The notes: generated by a model not told the origin, from the sequence alone. DNA of 64,000 bases from Candidatus Latescibacterota bacterium (GCA_965203355.1 OZ241889.1:1824001-1888000), one strand, 5' to 3'; numbered from the stretch's first letter, positions 20,299 to 30,345 are shown. Numbers and translations: made by a program.

Positions 20299-20326
20299 AT
20301 TCCCGATAATGCCCCTTATCGGGAGT
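20299..20326. repeat. Left recombination-like site (IRL), 11-6-11 dif-like
   Basis: ATTCCCGATAA-TGCCCC-TTATCGGGAGT; 20308-20326 is the exact reverse complement of 20568-20586. Confidence 0.8.
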
Positions 20327-20363
20327 ATGCCATGCCAGCGGACCAATCACTATAACAAACTAC

Positions 20364-20392
20364 TTGCAGTCATGAGGATGATTTCCTATATT
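20364..20392 (+). promoter_or_regulatory. Sigma70-type promoter inside the putative invertible segment (ON orientation)
   Basis: TTGCAG(20364)-17 nt-TATATT(20387), pointing toward the CDS at 20604. Confidence 0.6.
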
Positions 20393-20567
20393 CCAAGATA
20401 GTGAAAGTCCTCTACAGACAACGGCATCAATTTGGTCAGGAAAATCGGATGTTGATTGTTAGAGGGCTTAATTTTCTACGAGGGGAAGACCGATCTATAG
20501 AGGCAGGAAGTGTTAGCCTGATGCTATGACGCAAATGCCAAAGAGGTCGCTACCCCAAAACCATCAC

Positions 20568-20595
20568 ACTCCCGATAAGGGGCATTGGAAGGAGT
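20568..20595. repeat. Right recombination-like site (IRR), overlapping the RBS
   Basis: ACTCCCGATAA-GGGGCA-TTGGAAGGAGT; spacer is the reverse complement of the IRL spacer; the outer arm contains the GGAAGGAG RBS. Confidence 0.8.
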
Positions 20596-20603
20596 TGCAT
20601 CTT

Positions 20604-21503
20604 ATGAAACGTCTTTACGGCCTTATTGCTATGGGCTTGATACTGGGACTGACGAGCGGTGCCAGTGCACATATTGGAGACCAAGTTTACCTGCTCTTTG
20701 AGGTCTCTGAAGCCGATCTGGCTGATATTGACCTACGCGACGTCAGCATAGCCGACTGGGAAGATGTGGTTGGTGATGCTTCGCTGGTCACCACTGACTT
20801 CTTTCAGGATCCCACCGTGGGCGACGGTGCCCAGTACGATCCGGCGGATCTAGACTACCGCATCTGGCTGGGCTGGAACGGTAATCTGGGTACGATTTGG
20901 ATGGGTATGGAGCGCATCGACAATGTGTATATCAACGAGTACGCGGGCGGAGACCTAGGCAGCCTGTGGCAGCAAGACGCTATTGAGTTCATGGTTGATG
21001 GCGACCACACCGGTGGCGATTATACTGGTTCGGCTGACGAGACCTGGACCGACGAAGAGAAGGACCTGAATAACAACCGCACGGCTCAGCAGTATGTGGC
21101 TATCGCCGATGCCCCTGATGGTCGCCATGTAGGCTATCTGGGCAAAGGCACCGAGTGGGTCAACTCGCTGCCCTACGCTGATGGTGGTGGCGGTTCGGTT
21201 GGCGACGGCCCGACCACTAACATCATTGAGTTTTTCATCACGCCTTTCGACGACCTAATCTGGAATAGTCCGGATGACAGCGTAGCTTCGTCGCTGGAGG
21301 ACGGCAAGATCATTGGTTTCCAGATTTCGGCACAGGACTTCGACACGGCTCCGCAAGAATATCGAGCTTTTCACACTTTGTCTGGTCAGGCCGCGACTTG
21401 GCGCTATGCCGAGCGTTTTGTTGATGGTCGTTTGGTCGGTACCAGTGAAACAACGGCAGTCGAAGAAGACTCTTGGGGCCGCATCAAGGCCGCTTTTGAG
21501 TAA
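20604..21503 (+). CDS. Secreted CBM9/DOMON-like putative sugar-binding protein with SWGxxK tail
   Basis: ATG 20604 after RBS; signal peptide; WLGWN, LWQQDAIEFMVDGDHTGG, IEFFITPFD, GKIIGFQIS..DFD; ends TTAVEEDSWGRIKAAFE. Confidence 0.7.
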   Translation: MKRLYGLIAMGLILGLTSGASAHIGDQVYLLFEVSEADLADIDLRDVSIADWEDVVGDASLVTTDFFQDPTVGDGAQYDPADLDYRIWLGWNGNLGTIWMGMERIDNVYINEYAGGDLGSLWQQDAIEFMVDGDHTGGDYTGSADETWTDEEKDLNNNRTAQQYVAIADAPDGRHVGYLGKGTEWVNSLPYADGGGGSVGDGPTTNIIEFFITPFDDLIWNSPDDSVASSLEDGKIIGFQISAQDFDTAPQEYRAFHTLSGQAATWRYAERFVDGRLVGTSETTAVEEDSWGRIKAAFE

Positions 21504-21530
21504 GAGCACCATCCTGCTGTTTTCCTAAAT

Positions 21531-21578
21531 CTTTAAGGAGAGGGGGAAGTATTCCTCCTCTCCTTAAAGTTGTTTTGT
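21531..21578 (+). terminator. Intrinsic terminator or stabilising hairpin
   Basis: CTTTAAGGAGAGGGGGAA-GTA-TTCCTCCTCTCCTTAAAG 18-bp stem (one G:U) followed by TTGTTTTGT. Confidence 0.8.
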
Positions 21579-21688
21579 AGCTATCTCATAATAACTTGGG
21601 TAGCTACCTTCCTCGCGTCATAGTACCTCGTTCCTAGTTTACTCATGCTAAGACTTAAGCAGCGCAAATTCTACCGGGGAAAATCGGA

Positions 21689-24169
21689 ATGAGAATTGGG
21701 ATTTGTGTCGCCGTGCTGGTTTTGGCAAGTTGGGTAGTGAATGCTGCTGCAGAGTTGCGTCTGTTCGCCATCCCGGGCAACACCACTTGGGCCGACGCCA
21801 AGCAAGGGCCGCTTTCAGAGAGCCGCTTCATTGAAGTGATAGACTTTGAAAGCTATGAGGATGGCATTGGGCCCATCACGCCAGTGCGCGTAGTGCCCGT
21901 TCCTGAAGTTCCTCTTACATTAATCGCCAACGAAGTGGATGCGGCAACCGATTCCAGCCTCTTTGTTTTTTCCCTTAATGTAACTATAGAAGATGTAGTA
22001 GCACTGACTGATGCCGAACTCGAAGATGGAACCGTAAAGGCGGGTACGGTCTTGGTGCCCCGCTGGAGTCCCTTTCCGCGTAGCCTAGAGGCTGTCCAGC
22101 TATTGCGTCGGGCTGGCATTACCGAGATTAAAGCCATGATCAATGTGGCCGAATCTTTTCCCCGCCCTCCCGGCGGAGACAAGTACAACAAAGGGCTCAA
22201 CCTCACAACGCTCGGTATCTTTGAAAGGGCTTTGACTGACCAGCGACTCCAAGAAGGTCTAGGGCGCGTTTTCGATGGCGATCCACTGACCCATTTCGAG
22301 CGAATTGACCGAGTTGGGCAGGACGTCAAACAAGAATGGAGCCTCTATATCGACTTGGGACGCTACTTTCCAATCCGCTTGTTCCGCCTCTATCCTAGTC
22401 TTGCAGAGCCCTCGCGCGTTTCCGCTTACACCTTCTACAGAGGGATTCCTGGGACTGAGAAGACAATCGCCGGTCTTAGTCTCGACGATCCGACTGTTGG
22501 CCAGTTGGCATTCCCTGAGTTCACTAAAATAGCCTCGACTTTTCCGACCTTCGTTCTCGAGGCAAGCGCACCAGTTAATGTGGAAGACACTATTGCCGTG
22601 GCTTTTGATCCGCGGGTTTACCTGCGCTATGCACGCTTTGATTTTCAGACTCCACTAGATTACGACTTGGCTGAAATGGAGCTTTTTGCCGACGGTTTTG
22701 TTCCTGAAGCGGTCTATACTTCTAATGCGCTGCCACTACCCCCGGCGACCTTGGGGAGGATCTTCTGGGACGAGCAGAAAATTGGCGATCCTACAAGGTC
22801 GCATGCTATCGTGCGCGTACAGACAGGCGTCAATCCCGAGCCGGACGTGCTTTTTCGCGTCAATGATTATGAGCGTACAGTGGAGTGGAAAGAGGAAGGG
22901 GCGATCGTCACTGATCAAAGGCTTGGCTCTAAGACCTTCGGCCAAGAAGTGGACCTAAACGATGAGGAATTCAACCTAGAAGCCCGCGAACTCTTCAGTG
23001 CTGCCCTACCGGAAGATCGCCAACGCGTACGGCTTACTCGCGCCGAGTACAAAACCCTACCAGGTAATAAGCGGCGTCACGTCGAACCCGATCTCGTGTT
23101 CTGGAGCGGCGTCCAGTTGGCCAACAATGGTCAGTTGATCAACGCACCGGGTGGTCGGCCATTCATTCAGATTGAGGTTGAGTTTCTGAGTCAAGATCCT
23201 GAAGCGGCCACGATTATTAGCAACTTGCGCTTTGAATACTCCGCTCCGCAGATCACAGAGCAGGTCTTCGGCGAGATTGCTCCGGCTGTGGATGTGATTG
23301 CTGGCCGCGATACCTCCTTTGTGCTGATCCTCAACGCTGGTTTAGGGACTGAGAACGACGGGTTTAACCGCTTGCAGGTTTTTACGCCAGCGCGGGCAGA
23401 AGCCATTGAGGGGATAGAAGTGGATCTAGGAGACGGAAAGTTCCTGAACTTGGAACAAGTGGGTGGTGAAAGCGAAATAGGCGAGGGGCAATTTCGGGAA
23501 TTGTACGTTGCCGACGATCAGTTCGTCGTTGGTTTTCCAACCATAGGCCCAGCCGAGGAAGGCCAAGTCCGCAACGCACTGGTAAAGGTCCGCTTTAAGG
23601 GCCGGGTTATTGACTTTCGCACCAACTTCGCTGCCAATGTTTTTTTAGACACTTTAGGTTCAGAAGTAGATCGACGCTTTACCAGTAGCGGCATTTTGGC
23701 TCTCGGGGGTAGTGAGAGTGCGCTTGATACGCTGGCCACTTTCTTGCCGCAACGAGTGGAGGACAATGACGTGGTGGATTTCGTGGCGACGGATCGGCTC
23801 TCAGATCGCAATTCTCTAGCGGTGATCGCCGATATTTCGGCGCAGAGCGAGAATCTAGTGACCAATTTCAAGGTCGAGCCCAATCCTTTTACGCCTAATG
23901 GCGACGATGTCAACGACGAATTAGTCGTGAATTTTGACATCCAACGGCTACTAACACCAAGGCCTGTGCATTTGGAGATATTCGATCTGAATGGTCGGCG
24001 TCTGCGCTTCATTGAGCGCGATCTGTCGTCGGGAGGGCATTCTCAACAGTGGGATGGTCGCGACGATGCTGGACAGTTAGTGCCGCCGGGATTATACCTA
24101 TTGCGCATTTCAGCCGAAGCCGATCATGTAGGCGAGGCCCAGATGCGCGTCGTTTCCGTAGCCTATTAG
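21689..24169 (+). CDS. Large secreted protein, discoidin-like core plus CHU_C/FlgD-Ig C-terminal domain
   Basis: Signal peptide; FDGDPLT..IDLGRYF; C-terminus PNPFTPNGDDVNDEL..EIFDLNGR..WDGRDDAGQLVPPGLY..VSVAY. Confidence 0.75.
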   Translation: MRIGICVAVLVLASWVVNAAAELRLFAIPGNTTWADAKQGPLSESRFIEVIDFESYEDGIGPITPVRVVPVPEVPLTLIANEVDAATDSSLFVFSLNVTIEDVVALTDAELEDGTVKAGTVLVPRWSPFPRSLEAVQLLRRAGITEIKAMINVAESFPRPPGGDKYNKGLNLTTLGIFERALTDQRLQEGLGRVFDGDPLTHFERIDRVGQDVKQEWSLYIDLGRYFPIRLFRLYPSLAEPSRVSAYTFYRGIPGTEKTIAGLSLDDPTVGQLAFPEFTKIASTFPTFVLEASAPVNVEDTIAVAFDPRVYLRYARFDFQTPLDYDLAEMELFADGFVPEAVYTSNALPLPPATLGRIFWDEQKIGDPTRSHAIVRVQTGVNPEPDVLFRVNDYERTVEWKEEGAIVTDQRLGSKTFGQEVDLNDEEFNLEARELFSAALPEDRQRVRLTRAEYKTLPGNKRRHVEPDLVFWSGVQLANNGQLINAPGGRPFIQIEVEFLSQDPEAATIISNLRFEYSAPQITEQVFGEIAPAVDVIAGRDTSFVLILNAGLGTENDGFNRLQVFTPARAEAIEGIEVDLGDGKFLNLEQVGGESEIGEGQFRELYVADDQFVVGFPTIGPAEEGQVRNALVKVRFKGRVIDFRTNFAANVFLDTLGSEVDRRFTSSGILALGGSESALDTLATFLPQRVEDNDVVDFVATDRLSDRNSLAVIADISAQSENLVTNFKVEPNPFTPNGDDVNDELVVNFDIQRLLTPRPVHLEIFDLNGRRLRFIERDLSSGGHSQQWDGRDDAGQLVPPGLYLLRISAEADHVGEAQMRVVSVAY

Positions 24170-24202
24170 CCTTCGCAAAAGCGCGGAAAGAAAGGAACTG
24201 TT

Positions 24203-27200
24203 ATGAAACGGTTGCTGACGTGGCAAATGGCTCTCTTCGCTGTCCTATATCTGCCTAGTTTCTGTATAGCCCAAACGGATGCCTATCGGATTTTCGGCAG
24301 TTCAATCCGCGTAGATCGGGCTTCGCAATGGGAAAACTGGATTTATCAGAACGACTTGGTCTCCCAATTGAACGTGCCAATCCGCGATGCGGATATCTTC
24401 CAAGTTGATACCGATGGGCTGCGACCGACTTTCTTTCGCCGCAATATCAATGTGGCCCCGACGGCGGTCGATTTCACCTATCCCGATTTGGTCCGCGCTG
24501 GCGGCGAGCTAGTCTCTGGAGGTGCGGTGGCCAAATCCAACGATGCTTTGGCCAATAATGTCATTGATGGCGACTTGAGTACTTTTTGGGAGCCGGATAC
24601 ACCGGTCAGTTACGCAAGTCATTTGAGGAATCCGGGAGATTTCCACATCGATGGTCTGCGCAACTGGGAAATTGAAATCGATCTGGGACGGTTGGTTTTT
24701 GCCGACAGTCTGACGATCATTTTTCCTGCTGGTCAGTTCGAGGACGAGTTCCTCGGTGAGCCGGTCAAGTCTTTCGTGCTTTTTGCTTCGATGGGCGAGC
24801 GTTTCCCCTTTCCCTTGGGCAACAACCTCAAGTTCTCCGTTATCGGGCAAGTCTCTACTGGCTTCGTCGCCGGTAAGTTAGCCCAGTGCGTCCGCGATGA
24901 AAGCTCGGGCTATGCTGGCGAAACCCGCTGTGAAGGTGGTGGAGGAGGTGATAGCGGTGAAGTGACGCTGGTGCCGATGCCTGGGACTGAAGGTCGCTAC
25001 GTGCAGATGACCTTCCCACTCTGGCCTCTGGATCGAGCGGACTGGGATCTGGATGGCCAGCCCGATATTAGCGGAGCCTTCATCCATTACGTCCGCATAA
25101 AGATTACGGATTCAGATCTCTGGCGCGACGCCTTTTTGGGCACGGGCGAAGAGGCGCGTCTCGCCTATGAAGCTTTGCCCCAAGATCAGCGCGGTGCACT
25201 TATTTATCAGCGCCAGACCGCCGGTGGATTGCTCGTCGAAATTGAGGACGACGATAATCAGACGGCCGCAGAAAAATATCAAAGCCTGCCCGAAGAAAAA
25301 CGCGGCCCGATTCTCTACTATAGCAAAGAGGTACCCCGAATCGCCGAGGTTCAGGTCTGGGCTAAGGGCGACAACTACGCGCTGCAACCCGAAAAGCGCG
25401 GAGGGGCCTCGTTTGAAAACGGCGGCTTGGGTGCGCCCCATTTGGCTACGGATGGGCTATACGACTCGGAGTGGCAGGCCAATACGTGGTCGCCGATTTA
25501 CCTCAAGGGTACTGCTTGGTACGACTTAGGAGCCGTGTTCTGGGTCGATAATGTCTCAGTAGTCAACAAACACATCAACCAGAGTCACCAAGGTGCCTTC
25601 TTGGGACCGAACATCTTAGCTTCCGACGGTACGCTGCTCAAGCCCGTGAGCATGGACGACCGCGAAGACTTTCCCCAACTCGAAGAATCGCTCAAGTGGG
25701 ACAACATCATCAGCGAAGAGCACGTTGATAACCACGATCCAGTAGTGCGCATTTTCCGTGAGACTTTTTCTTGGCGTAAAATCCGCTTTTTGCAGATTCG
25801 CGATATTGACGTTACCGGGCAACAATCTGGTCGCTATGGCTCGTTGGCGACCTTGGGTGAGATTCAGCTTTACGGAGAGGGGTATCCGGTAAGCGTGTGG
25901 GCGTACTCGCCGCCGATTATGTTGACGGATTCGCGTGGCAACTTCATCCGCAAAACTCTGCCGCGTATCGCTTGGGAAGGCGATGTCATCATCCGCGAGA
26001 CGGATCCGCTCACCGGCCGAGCGCGCGAGCGGATTGAGCCGCTAGACCTCCACCCTGATGTCCGCCTACAGATACAGACCCGGACCTCCGATCAGACCGA
26101 CACCAACTTTACATACTATCAGGTCGTGGCTGTCGCTGGCAATGAAGAGCGCGAGGAAGTTACGAAAGAGGTTTACGACGAGATTGCCTTGCAATGGACG
26201 GCTTGGGATATCTGGCAGACCCTGCCCGCCAGCCGGAAACACGCCTCGCGCACCGACGACGATGGCGACGGGCTCACCGACGAAGATCCGATTGACCTGA
26301 TTGACAACGACGGGGATGGCAAGATCGACGAGGACGGTAAGAAACTGCGCCGGGCACCGCGCTCTGGCTTTGCCAAAGATGGCGAACTGGCCTTCGTCGG
26401 TTGGAGCGAGTGGAGCGGGAGCTATTTGCCCACCAATGGCGTCAATGAGGCGACCATCACCTCACCCAACCCACGCAAGTTTGTTCAGGTACGAGTCAAT
26501 ATCTCCTCAGAAAATCCCTTTAAGACGGCCCGCATCCGAAGTTTGCATCTTGAATTGGCACCGCCGCTGGCACTGGAACTAGCTGGCGAGTTGGCACTCC
26601 TCACCGACGAGGGAGCATCGCGCGTCCCGACTGACTTAGGTGTCTTGGTTTCGGACTACACTCCGCCGCGCAATATTGATCCGCTCGCGCCGCAGCAGTT
26701 TTCTTATTTTATTCGCGCTGCCGCACCCGACCCGACCGATCCGGCAGTGCGCGATGGTTTTAACGAGGTATTGGTCGTCGCGCCACGCGATGCACACTTA
26801 ACTGGGGTGCGCTTAGGACAAGTCGTCATCGCCTATACGCCTTCACTCCTCAATCCGGAGGAAGTACTGACCTCGGCGACGACCACGAAATTTGACCGTG
26901 CCTTTGTTCCAGACGACGACGGGGTCTTACGCGATACAGACGGCGCAGTGGCGGAACGCATGGCGACCGGCGCGGATTCGATCTGGGTGCGTTTTCCCTT
27001 TTCGCTCAATGCCGATCTGCCGGCTGGCCAGCACGCCCTCATTGAAGTACAGTTTGAGTCGCAGAGTTTCCGCGAGGGGATTGAATTCGCCTCGTTTGTG
27101 CGGTCTTCGGATTCGGAGGAGGGCGTATTCCAACGGGTGGATACCGGCGATAAGGATGCGACCGAGTTGGTGGATTCTTCGACAGCGCAAGTCAGCCTAA

Positions 27201-27538
27201 AGGATCTACCAGGAGCTCTGATCCAAGATGTGGAGATGATATCGGTTTTTACGCCCAATGGCGATGGAATCAACGACGAGCTTTTGGTGCATTTTGTTTT
27301 ATTAAAGATGCAAGAGGAGCGGCCGTTGGAAGTGTCCCTGTATGATTTGGGTGGGCGCTTGGTCGGCCAAAGCCAAAGTTCGGCGGTTAGCAGCAAAGTG
27401 GGGACACAGACGTTTGTGTGGGATGGACGGGATTTGAGTGGGCAGATCGTGCCGCCGGGGATTTATCTTTGTCAGATCAAGATAGAGGCTGACGACCGAG
27501 ACAACGAGTTGACTCGTCTCGTACACGTAGCCTATTGA
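24203..27538 (+). CDS. Large secreted protein, discoidin-like domains, DxDGD repeats, CHU_C/FlgD-Ig CTD
   Basis: Signal peptide; IDGDLSTFW..IDLGR; DDDGDGLTDEDP; FTPNGDGINDEL..WDGRDLSGQIVPPGIY..VHVAY. Confidence 0.75.
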   Translation: MKRLLTWQMALFAVLYLPSFCIAQTDAYRIFGSSIRVDRASQWENWIYQNDLVSQLNVPIRDADIFQVDTDGLRPTFFRRNINVAPTAVDFTYPDLVRAGGELVSGGAVAKSNDALANNVIDGDLSTFWEPDTPVSYASHLRNPGDFHIDGLRNWEIEIDLGRLVFADSLTIIFPAGQFEDEFLGEPVKSFVLFASMGERFPFPLGNNLKFSVIGQVSTGFVAGKLAQCVRDESSGYAGETRCEGGGGGDSGEVTLVPMPGTEGRYVQMTFPLWPLDRADWDLDGQPDISGAFIHYVRIKITDSDLWRDAFLGTGEEARLAYEALPQDQRGALIYQRQTAGGLLVEIEDDDNQTAAEKYQSLPEEKRGPILYYSKEVPRIAEVQVWAKGDNYALQPEKRGGASFENGGLGAPHLATDGLYDSEWQANTWSPIYLKGTAWYDLGAVFWVDNVSVVNKHINQSHQGAFLGPNILASDGTLLKPVSMDDREDFPQLEESLKWDNIISEEHVDNHDPVVRIFRETFSWRKIRFLQIRDIDVTGQQSGRYGSLATLGEIQLYGEGYPVSVWAYSPPIMLTDSRGNFIRKTLPRIAWEGDVIIRETDPLTGRARERIEPLDLHPDVRLQIQTRTSDQTDTNFTYYQVVAVAGNEEREEVTKEVYDEIALQWTAWDIWQTLPASRKHASRTDDDGDGLTDEDPIDLIDNDGDGKIDEDGKKLRRAPRSGFAKDGELAFVGWSEWSGSYLPTNGVNEATITSPNPRKFVQVRVNISSENPFKTARIRSLHLELAPPLALELAGELALLTDEGASRVPTDLGVLVSDYTPPRNIDPLAPQQFSYFIRAAAPDPTDPAVRDGFNEVLVVAPRDAHLTGVRLGQVVIAYTPSLLNPEEVLTSATTTKFDRAFVPDDDGVLRDTDGAVAERMATGADSIWVRFPFSLNADLPAGQHALIEVQFESQSFREGIEFASFVRSSDSEEGVFQRVDTGDKDATELVDSSTAQVSLKDLPGALIQDVEMISVFTPNGDGINDELLVHFVLLKMQEERPLEVSLYDLGGRLVGQSQSSAVSSKVGTQTFVWDGRDLSGQIVPPGIYLCQIKIEADDRDNELTRLVHVAY

Positions 27539-27584
27539 TAGGGAAGCAGTTTAGATCGGAATTAGATAACAAGGGAGGGTATTT

Positions 27585-30335
27585 GTGAGCATAGTTAGGA
27601 GTTTTCGCACCGGTTCGGTAGCGATTCTGATGTTGGGAACACTAGTAGAAAATCTCCCCGCACAGGAGGATTTTGGTGCTCGCTTAGGTGTGCGACGGGG
27701 TGGAGAAGTTTTTTACGAGCCTACCGGGCCAGGGATACTTTTCGATGCCCTAGATCCGGCGGTAAAGAAGTGGTATATACCTCAAGAACTCTTCAACGAG
27801 TACCAATGGCGGCAACAGGATTACACCAATTACGCTCGCCGCCACTACCAACGCTACGTGCCCACTTCTCTCGAAGGCGAATACTTCTACGACCTCTATG
27901 GAAATTATATCACTCGCGGCCAAATCATTTACGACTGGAGCATTGCAGCACCGCAGACCTCGGGCAGCAGCCTGTTCAAAGGCCCTCAGTTTCAGGGTTG
28001 GTTCAACAGCGTGGTCATCGCCTCAGATCAGAAGGGGCAGTACTCGTATGCCTTGACTATCGCCGATCGCATCCGCACGACGCTGACGCCGATGACCTTT
28101 TCCAAGCCGACTTTTGCCGGCATTCAGTTTGATCTAGTCACAGACAAGTACGAGGCGACTTTTCTCGCATCGCGTCCCAGTGCGCCCGGTCGAGTCGAAA
28201 CGGCGCAGACGACTAGCACCGGTCGTTTCCGGTCGAATGACACCAACTTAATCGGTGGCCGCGGTACTGTGCAGGTTGGTGACTTTGTCAAGTTTGGTGC
28301 GACCTACGTCAATGCGTTCAACGCCTCAACCAAGGGGCAGGCATTTCAGGGCAATCCCTTCAAGGGTACGCTTACCGAGGGCCAGAATAACGCCGACGTT
28401 TCGCGTATTGAAGTGCGCTTGAGCGACGATTCGCCCGAGGATGGTAGGGCGGGTGCCGCCTTCTTTCAGGAAGAGATGATCATCACTACCATTGACGGCG
28501 AGCGCATCAGCAATCGCCGCCGCATCGGCAATAACAACATCCTCGCCTTCGCTCCAGCAGTGCAGGGTGGCTTCCGCCGCGAAGGGTTTCTCGCGGCCGA
28601 TGGGAACGAGGTCATCGTGCTAGTGTACGATCTCGAAGGCCCGCAGTACCGCAACTCTTTCGGCCCCCAGCCCGAGCAGATCAAAAGTATTGAGTTTCTG
28701 TTGCTTTTGGCCAACGATTACCGGATTGACGTTACATCCAATCGCCAACTCAACGCCAATGGTCAGCCGGTCTTGCTATCCGAGGGCATTCCCGAACGCA
28801 CGGTACGTGCCGACGGTAACGTGCAGGATGGCTCGAATCAGGGCTTTGTGCGCGTCAAATACGGATTACCGGTGGCCAATGAGATCTTCGGCGTTACGCT
28901 CGATATTACGGATGTCAGCGGGTTTTACTTATCAGGGGAATATGATCGCAATCGCCAGCACTTTCGCTATCCGCGGCGGTCGGAAATCGACGTGACCCAG
29001 CACGAAGCACATAGCACCTCGGGCGACGCTTGGTTTGTCAACGTGTATAAACGTGCGTATCCCTACTACGGATTCGGTGAAGTCTATAGTGTTGATCACG
29101 ACTATAGCACCAGTTCCTTTCTAGCCGGTACCCAAAACGATGCGGCGGATATTAACTACGACGACGACCTCCGTTTTGTGTACGAATTTGTTGACGACAA
29201 CGACGACCAAGACCGCAACCCTGACTGGCAGCGGGCCAATTTCTCGCAGGATAGAGAGGTATTCCCGGGATTTGACGAAAACAACGACTTCATCAACGAT
29301 TTCAACCAAAACGACACCGAGCGGCGCGAGAATACGGAGCCGGATTACGAGGAGCCTTTTCTGCGCTACGCCTCCGATCGGCCCGAGTTCCTCTTTGGCA
29401 TTGATATGAATAACAATGGCATTATCGATCGCTTTGAAAACGACAATCTGCCCGATTACCTGTACAAACGGGATCGGCGTGGATACAACATATACGTGGG
29501 TTCCCATTTGGGGCCAGAGGCGCGGCTAACCGTTGGTCGCCTCGACGAGCGTCAGCTAGCCGACTCTCGCGAAAATACCACCAATTACGCCTTACTGGCC
29601 TTTGACAAAGACTACGCTAGCAAAGGGCGCGTACAGGTGTACAACAACTTTCGGCAGGTCCGAGACAATATCCGCGACAATGTGATCGAATGGGTTGTGC
29701 GCCAAGGATCGCGCGGCGACCTAGTGCCCTATACCGACCCTTTGCCTCTGCGCGATGGTTGGGCTAACACCTTGTACCTCGGCTATCAGTACCAGAGTGA
29801 TCACATCCAGTTCAAGAACCGCTTTAAGTGGGAGGTTTTCAAACAGGCCAATTTCGACGAGCGGCCGATTGAAGAGCAGGACATCCGCGAAACGGCTTCC
29901 TTCTTTGGGATTCTCAACAAGATTGATTATACGTTCAATCTCGGGGTCCTCAAATTTCAGCCGCGCTGGAAGAGCGAATTCCAGCGCCAGCGGCCCTCGC
30001 TCCGCCAAGATACTCAGGTGCGGGTGGCTACTACTGAGTTGCGCGAGCTGTGGTCGTTGGTTTTGAAGGTGCCGATTCTGTCGCGCACCGAATTGCAGAC
30101 CGGCCTAGAGTACCTGCTCGTCGAGCAGTTCCGCGAGGAGTTGGAATCCCATTTGCTGCGCTCGGACCGCAACGAACTGGTCTATGCCTTACAGTTTACC
30201 AACAACGCCGAGTATCTAGGTTACAACCTGTGGACTCAAACAGGGTTTCGCGTGTCGCGGATTGATCGCGCCTCGGCCGAAAAGGTGCGCACTGAAACGG
30301 CCATATTTGTCACTGTGTTTGCCGGTCTTGAGTAG
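27585..30335 (+). CDS. Large exported hypothetical protein, probable outer-membrane beta-barrel with Ca-binding loops
   Basis: Signal peptide; many amphipathic aromatic beta-strands in the C-terminal third; DDNDDQD, DENND and DMNNNG loops; ends AIFVTVFAGLE. Confidence 0.55.
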   Translation: MSIVRSFRTGSVAILMLGTLVENLPAQEDFGARLGVRRGGEVFYEPTGPGILFDALDPAVKKWYIPQELFNEYQWRQQDYTNYARRHYQRYVPTSLEGEYFYDLYGNYITRGQIIYDWSIAAPQTSGSSLFKGPQFQGWFNSVVIASDQKGQYSYALTIADRIRTTLTPMTFSKPTFAGIQFDLVTDKYEATFLASRPSAPGRVETAQTTSTGRFRSNDTNLIGGRGTVQVGDFVKFGATYVNAFNASTKGQAFQGNPFKGTLTEGQNNADVSRIEVRLSDDSPEDGRAGAAFFQEEMIITTIDGERISNRRRIGNNNILAFAPAVQGGFRREGFLAADGNEVIVLVYDLEGPQYRNSFGPQPEQIKSIEFLLLLANDYRIDVTSNRQLNANGQPVLLSEGIPERTVRADGNVQDGSNQGFVRVKYGLPVANEIFGVTLDITDVSGFYLSGEYDRNRQHFRYPRRSEIDVTQHEAHSTSGDAWFVNVYKRAYPYYGFGEVYSVDHDYSTSSFLAGTQNDAADINYDDDLRFVYEFVDDNDDQDRNPDWQRANFSQDREVFPGFDENNDFINDFNQNDTERRENTEPDYEEPFLRYASDRPEFLFGIDMNNNGIIDRFENDNLPDYLYKRDRRGYNIYVGSHLGPEARLTVGRLDERQLADSRENTTNYALLAFDKDYASKGRVQVYNNFRQVRDNIRDNVIEWVVRQGSRGDLVPYTDPLPLRDGWANTLYLGYQYQSDHIQFKNRFKWEVFKQANFDERPIEEQDIRETASFFGILNKIDYTFNLGVLKFQPRWKSEFQRQRPSLRQDTQVRVATTELRELWSLVLKVPILSRTELQTGLEYLLVEQFREELESHLLRSDRNELVYALQFTNNAEYLGYNLWTQTGFRVSRIDRASAEKVRTETAIFVTVFAGLE

Positions 30336-30345
30336 GAGGTTTTCC

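Noticed and set aside
20500-20560. GACGCAAA resembling a c-di-GMP-I riboswitch element
   Set aside because: No GGCAAA/GAAA-tetraloop P2 or receptor arrangement was found.
20526-20603. N-terminal extensions given by the ORF track (also for 842, 3250, 13400, 30262, 31104, 36755, 47220, 56283, 58017, 60144, 61937)
   Set aside because: Downstream starts have an RBS and signal peptides or family N-termini; most extensions overlap neighbouring genes or regulatory DNA.
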